DNA of 64,000 nucleotides from an uncultured delta proteobacterium (GTDB lineage: Bacteria > Myxococcota > Myxococcia > Myxococcales > Anaeromyxobacteraceae), in assembly GCA_963814585.1 (NCBI GenBank), contig CAWFDF010000008.1:576001-640000 (forward strand), read 5' to 3'. The notes under the pieces are model-generated. The model saw only the letters and a program-made list of their open reading frames with translations, had not been told where the DNA came from and did no database searches. Positions 59,529 to 64,000 of the stretch are shown in pieces. The position numbers and the translations under genes were made by a program. Every line of letters starts with the position of its first letter. The stretch's first letter is position 1.

Positions 59529-60977
59529 CTAGACCTTCCCCGGCGGCGACGCCGGCAGGCGGATGGTGAAGCGGGCGCCGCCGTCCGGCGGCGAGTCGGC
59601 CTCGATGGTGCCCCCGTGGGCGTGGACGATCCCCAGCGAGACCGCCAGCCCGAGGCCGGTGCCGCTCGGCTTGGTGGTGAAGAACGGCTCGAAGAGCCGG
59701 TGGGCGGCCTCGTCGGGGAGCCCGGGCCCGGAGTCCGAGACCGAGAGCTCGACCCCGCCTGCGGCGGCCTGGGACAGGGCCACCCGGACCCGCCCACCGG
59801 GACCGGCCGCCTCGACGCCGTTCTGGACGAGGTTGAGCAGGACCTGCCTCAGCTTCTGGGGATGCCCCTCCACCCGGGCCGCGCCGCTCACCTCGACGGT
59901 GGCCCCGGCGAGCCGGCCCGACGCGGCCAGCCTGGTCACCGCCTCGTCGCACAGCTCCCCCAGGTCCACCGGCTCCGGGGCCGCCGCCAGCGGGCGGGAC
60001 AGGTCGAGGAGCCCCTCGACGATCTCCCTCGCCCTCAGCGACTCGTCCTCGATGATCCCCAGGTCCTCGGCCAGCTGCCCCTCGGCCTGGCGCCGGAGCA
60101 GGGAGGCGTACCCGAGGATGACCGCCAGCGGGTTGTTGATCTCGTGGGCGACGCCGGCGGCCAGCCGCCCGATCCCGGCCAGCTTCTCGCTCTGCACCAG
60201 CCGCTCCTGCTGGTCCTTGATCGAGGCGGCCATGGCGTTGAACTGGCGCGCCAGGGCGCCGAACTCGTCGGGGCTGTCCTCCTCGATCCGGGCGTCGAGG
60301 TCGCCGGCCGCCAGCCTGGACGCGCCCTCGCTCAGCCGGGCCACCGGCCGGGCCACCGAGCGGTAGATGGAGAGGCCGATCCCGACGGCCAGCAGCGGCG
60401 CGCCGGCCAGGAAGAAGACGGTCCAGCGGAAGGCGGCCTGCCGCACCGCCTGGACCTGGACCTGGATGTCGCCGATCGACGTCTCGAACCGGCCGACCAG
60501 CCGGTCGGCGAGCCCCTGGATCAGCGTGACCTGCACCTGCGCCTGCCCGTGCTCCTCCATGACGTCGGTGGCCTGGCGGCGCAGGACGGCGGGGACGATG
60601 CGCTGCCGGAAGATCCGGTCGAGCTCCACCGTGGCCCGCTCGATCTCGACGACCCAGTCCAGCTCGTCCGGCTGCCGCACCCGCTGCTTCACCTCCGCCG
60701 TCAGGCCGACGACCCGGCGCTCGGCCTCCGTGTAGAAGGGGAGGTGGGAGTCGTCGCCGAGGATGATGGTGTGGGCCTGGTGGGCGTACTGATCCCGGAC
60801 GGCGCTGGCCAGCTCCAGCGCCAGCCGCACCCCCTCCTCCCGCTCCCTGATCTCGGTCAGACCTCCCTGGATCTCGCGGAGGCTGGCGAGGGCGAAGTAG
60901 GAGGACACCGCGAACACCGACAGGAGCCCGGTCAAGGCGAGGATGAGGCGGCGGGCCGTTCCGGACTTCGAGTGCAT
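59529..60977 (-). CDS. HAMP-containing sensor histidine kinase
   Basis: Two TMs, HAMP (DEFGALARQFNAM), AHEINNPL, NLVQN, DSGPG and GTGLGL. Confidence 0.95.
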   Translation of the reverse strand: MHSKSGTARRLILALTGLLSVFAVSSYFALASLREIQGGLTEIREREEGVRLALELASAVRDQYAHQAHTIILGDDSHLPFYTEAERRVVGLTAEVKQRVRQPDELDWVVEIERATVELDRIFRQRIVPAVLRRQATDVMEEHGQAQVQVTLIQGLADRLVGRFETSIGDIQVQVQAVRQAAFRWTVFFLAGAPLLAVGIGLSIYRSVARPVARLSEGASRLAAGDLDARIEEDSPDEFGALARQFNAMAASIKDQQERLVQSEKLAGIGRLAAGVAHEINNPLAVILGYASLLRRQAEGQLAEDLGIIEDESLRAREIVEGLLDLSRPLAAAPEPVDLGELCDEAVTRLAASGRLAGATVEVSGAARVEGHPQKLRQVLLNLVQNGVEAAGPGGRVRVALSQAAAGGVELSVSDSGPGLPDEAAHRLFEPFFTTKPSGTGLGLAVSLGIVHAHGGTIEADSPPDGGARFTIRLPASPPGKV

Positions 60978-61257
60978 GTGGTTCCTCTTCCGGAAGCATC
61001 GGCCGGGCCGCCGGCAGGACCGACGGTGTGCGGCCCTCGAGTCCTGACCGCGGAGGGAGACCTGTGACCTGGGCGGCTACAGTGTAGCCCCGCTCCCGCC
61101 GTCACGCCCTTCCGTGCCGGAGGGGCCGGGCGTCCGCCTGGCCCTGGCCTCGCCAGGCCTGCTCGGGCTCGAGCCATTCCCCAGGCGGCACGGGGGCTTG
61201 TCCGGCCAGTCCCTGGCGAAACTTCCGCCCGGCGGCCGCCGCGCCGTTAGGACTGGC

Positions 61258-61273
61258 TGGCACGGGGGGTGCT
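61258..61273 (+). promoter_or_regulatory. Sigma54 (-24/-12) promoter of the metal efflux operon
   Basis: TGGCACG-GGGG-GTGCT has exact GG-N10-GC spacing and lies next to an NtrC-family activator gene. Confidence 0.75.
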
Positions 61274-61288
61274 TTGGAGGTGGCCGCC

Positions 61289-62709
61289 ATGATGATCCGA
61301 CTCCAGCTGGCCGCTTCGGCGCTGCTCCTGGCCGCCGCGGTCCAGGCCCAGCCAGCGGCGGCTGGCGCGACTCCGATGCCCGCCGACCCCGTCCTCGCCG
61401 AGCTGCTCCGGGAGAGCCTCGCCCAGCGCCCCGAGCTCCGACAGGCGGACGCGCTGGTCAAGGCCGAGCGTGAGCGCGTCCCACAGGCCGGCGGCTTCCA
61501 GGACCCGATCCTGACGCTCGGCATCCAGAACGACGGCTTCAACGGGCTCCAGATCGGGAAGATGGACACCAGCTACTGGCAGGTGATGGTCACCCAGCCC
61601 CTCCCCTGGCCGGGCAAGCTCGGCCTTCGCGAGGAGGTGGCCTCCTCGGGCGTGCGCCTCGCCGAGGCCTCGGCGGCCCGCGCCCGGCTCTCGGCCGAGG
61701 CCGACGTCCGGCGCGCCTACCTGGACCTGCTGCTGGTGCGCGACCGGCCTGGCGCTGCTCGCCAGGCTCGAGGCGCTCTGGACCAAGGCCGAGGCGCTGG
61801 CGCGGACCCGCTACGAGACCGGCGAGGGTGCCCAGTCGGACATCCTGCGCGCCCAGCTCGAGCGGAACCGCCTCCGCCAGCGGCGCTGGGCCCTCGAGGC
61901 CGAGGAGCGGACCCGGGTCCAGGCCGTCAACCGGCTCCGCGACCATCCGCTCGACGAGCCGCTGGCCAGACCACCGCCCCAGTCCGCGCCCTGAGCCTGC
62001 CCGACGCCGCCCAGCCGTGCGAGGTCGCCCTGGCCGACGCCGAGCAGCGCAGCCCCGAGCTCCTCGCCGGCCCGCCTCCAGGCCGAGCGCGCCGACCAGC
62101 AGGTGGCGCTGGCGCGGCGCGAGCGCTTCCCCGACCTGGCCGTGACCGCCGCCATCATGCCGCGCGGCAGCCTCGAGCCCATGTGGGCGGCTGGCATCTC
62201 GATGACGCTGCCGATCTTCTCCGGACTCGAAGCAGTCGCGGGCGGTGGCCGAGAGCGAGTCCCGCGCGGCCGCCGGCGAGGGACGGCGCCGAGGCCGTGC
62301 TCCAGGTCCTCCGACTCCGGGTCCAGGAGCGCCAGGCCCAGCTCGCCAACCTGCTCGAGTCGGCCCAGCTCTACCGGGACGGCCTCATCGTCCAGTCGCA
62401 GGCCACCGCCGACAGCACGTGAACCAGTACCGGGTCGGCCGCGTCACCTTCGCCTCGGTGCTCGAGGCCATCGCCGGCGTCATCGACGACGAGGACGGCT
62501 ACCTGCAGACCGTGGCGGCGGCCCAGCGCGTCGCCATCGCGGCCGCCGAGGTGAGCCTGGACGCCGCCGGTGGCGGCGCCGGCACGCTGTCGACCGGCGC
62601 GGTGCCCGGGCGCCGCGCGGCAAGTGGGGGCGGCGCCCTGGCCGCGGCGGGTGCACCGCCTCGGGCGGCGGCGACGCCGGCTCATCCCTCCTCCATGAGC
62701 AAGATGTGA
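61289..62709 (+). CDS. TolC/CusC-family outer membrane efflux protein (multiple frameshifts)
   Basis: Signal peptide, QPLPWPGKL, VRRAYLDL, RYETGEG.QSD.LRAQLE, RERFPD and YRVGRVTF across several frames. Confidence 0.8.
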
Positions 62710-62723
62710 ACCGCGGAGCCTCG

Positions 62724-64000
62724 ATGACGACCGACCAGCCGACTCCCCGACCGCCTCGCACGCACCGTCCGCGGCGCTCGCCTCGCCTTCGCGCTGGTGG
62801 CGCTCGCCGGCGTCGCCCTGGGCAGCGCTCGGCACCAACGCTCTCGGCCCGGCGAGGCGGGCGATGGCCACGACCACGATCACGCCGCCGAGGTGGCCAG
62901 GACCGACGTACCAGCTGCCCCATGCACCCGACCGTCGTGCAGGACCACCCTGGCGACTGCCCCATCTGCGGCATGAAGCTGGTGAAGATGGCCGCGGCCA
63001 CGGCGGACGGCGCGGGCCAGGCCCGCGGGCCGACGCCAGGCGCCCGGTACCAGTGCCCCATGCACCCGACCATCGTCCAGGACCACCCTGGCGACTGCCC
63101 CATCTGCGGCATGAAGCTGGTTCCATGACCGCCGCCGATCAAGGGCCGGCTGGGCCCACCACCTCGGCCACGGTCGAAGTCCTCTACCAGTGCCCCATGC
63201 ACCCGACCGTCCAGCAGCATCGGCCAGGCGACTGCCCGATCTGCGGGATGAAGCTGGAGAAGGTCGATCCGAGCGGCGCCTTCGAAGTCCCGCCCGGCGA
63301 GCGGAAGATCGTCTTCTACCGCTCGCCCATGGATCCCAGGCAGACCTCGCACACGCCGCGCAAGGACGAGATGGGCATGGACTACCTGCCCGTCCACCTG
63401 GACGAGCTCCAGGGGACCGGTCCGGCCGCCGGGCTGGTCACGGTGAAGATCGACCCGGCGCGGCAGCAGCTCATCGGCCTGGTGACCGCCGAGGCCGCCC
63501 AGGGGCCGATCGGCGGGGCGCTGCGGACCACCGGCCGGGTGGCGGTGGACGAGACCCGCGTCCACCGCGTCAACGTGAAGTTCGGCGGCTTCGTCGAGCA
63601 CGTCCAGGCCGACTTCGTCGGCCAGCTGGTGCGGCGGGGCGAACCGCTCTTCTCCATCTACAGCCCGGAGCTGCTGGCCGCGCAGGAGGACTGCTGCTGG
63701 CCCTGCAGCACGCAGAAGGACCTGGCGTCGGCGCCGGGGGCTGGCCGGCGACGGCGACGACCTGGTGGCCTCGGCGCGGCGCAAGCTCGAGCTCTGGGAC
63801 GTGCCCGGCCGCCACCGTGGCGCGCATCGAGCAGACGCGGCCAGGCGGAGCGCGCCATCACCGTCCTCTCGCCCGCCAGCGGCGTGGTGGTCAAGAAGGA
63901 CGTCGTGCCCGGGCATGACGGATCGAGGCCGGCGAGATGCCCTACGAGATCTGGCGACCTCTCCTCGGTCTGGGTGCTGGCCGACGTCTACGAGACCGAC
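62724..64000 (+). CDS. CusB-type RND adaptor with three heavy-metal-binding repeats (frameshifted, truncated at the window edge)
   Basis: Three YQCPMHP..CPICGMKL units, FYRSPMDP..KDEMGMDYLPV, RQQLIG, YSPELLAAQ and DLSSVWVLADVYE. Confidence 0.85.

Overview
This is a very GC-rich bacterial chromosome window. Gene content (Zn-ribbon/TonB-C and AgmX-like proteins, an MtrC/OmcA decaheme cytochrome, a Ser/Thr kinase-ECF pair, sigma54 systems) suggests an Anaeromyxobacter-like member of Myxococcota; this is inference only. About 50 CDSs can be supported. From left to right they are: an acyl-CoA synthetase / TMK-like / two-subunit biotin carboxylase cluster; ferredoxin; S41 protease; VKOR-DsbA; a kinase plus two divergent ECF sigma factors; Pal; cardiolipin synthase; DEAD-box helicase; DUF748; TetR-RND efflux; a triheme cytochrome; a FabX-like flavoprotein; SlyD; TrmJ; RsmE; quinone oxidoreductase; pyruvate carboxylase; hemerythrin; a DUF3683-type FAD/Fe-S oxidoreductase; a nuclease; photolyase with DUF523/DUF1722; the decaheme cytochrome; TerC; Lgt-like and TlpA genes; and a sigma54 two-component system divergent from a Cus-like metal efflux operon. 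I saw no tRNA, rRNA, CRISPR array or mobile element. Several conserved genes carry single-base frameshifts, which become dense in the last 2.5 kb and are most likely long-read errors. The best candidate for an undescribed system is an ECF43-like (phosphorylation-type) sigma factor with an exact 69-aa tandem duplication of sigma4, translationally coupled to a coiled-coil receptor kinase and divergent from a second ECF. Next are a catalytically degenerate thymidylate-kinase-fold protein inside the acyl-CoA carboxylase cluster, and an orphan MtrC with a collagen-like (GTN)n stalk.
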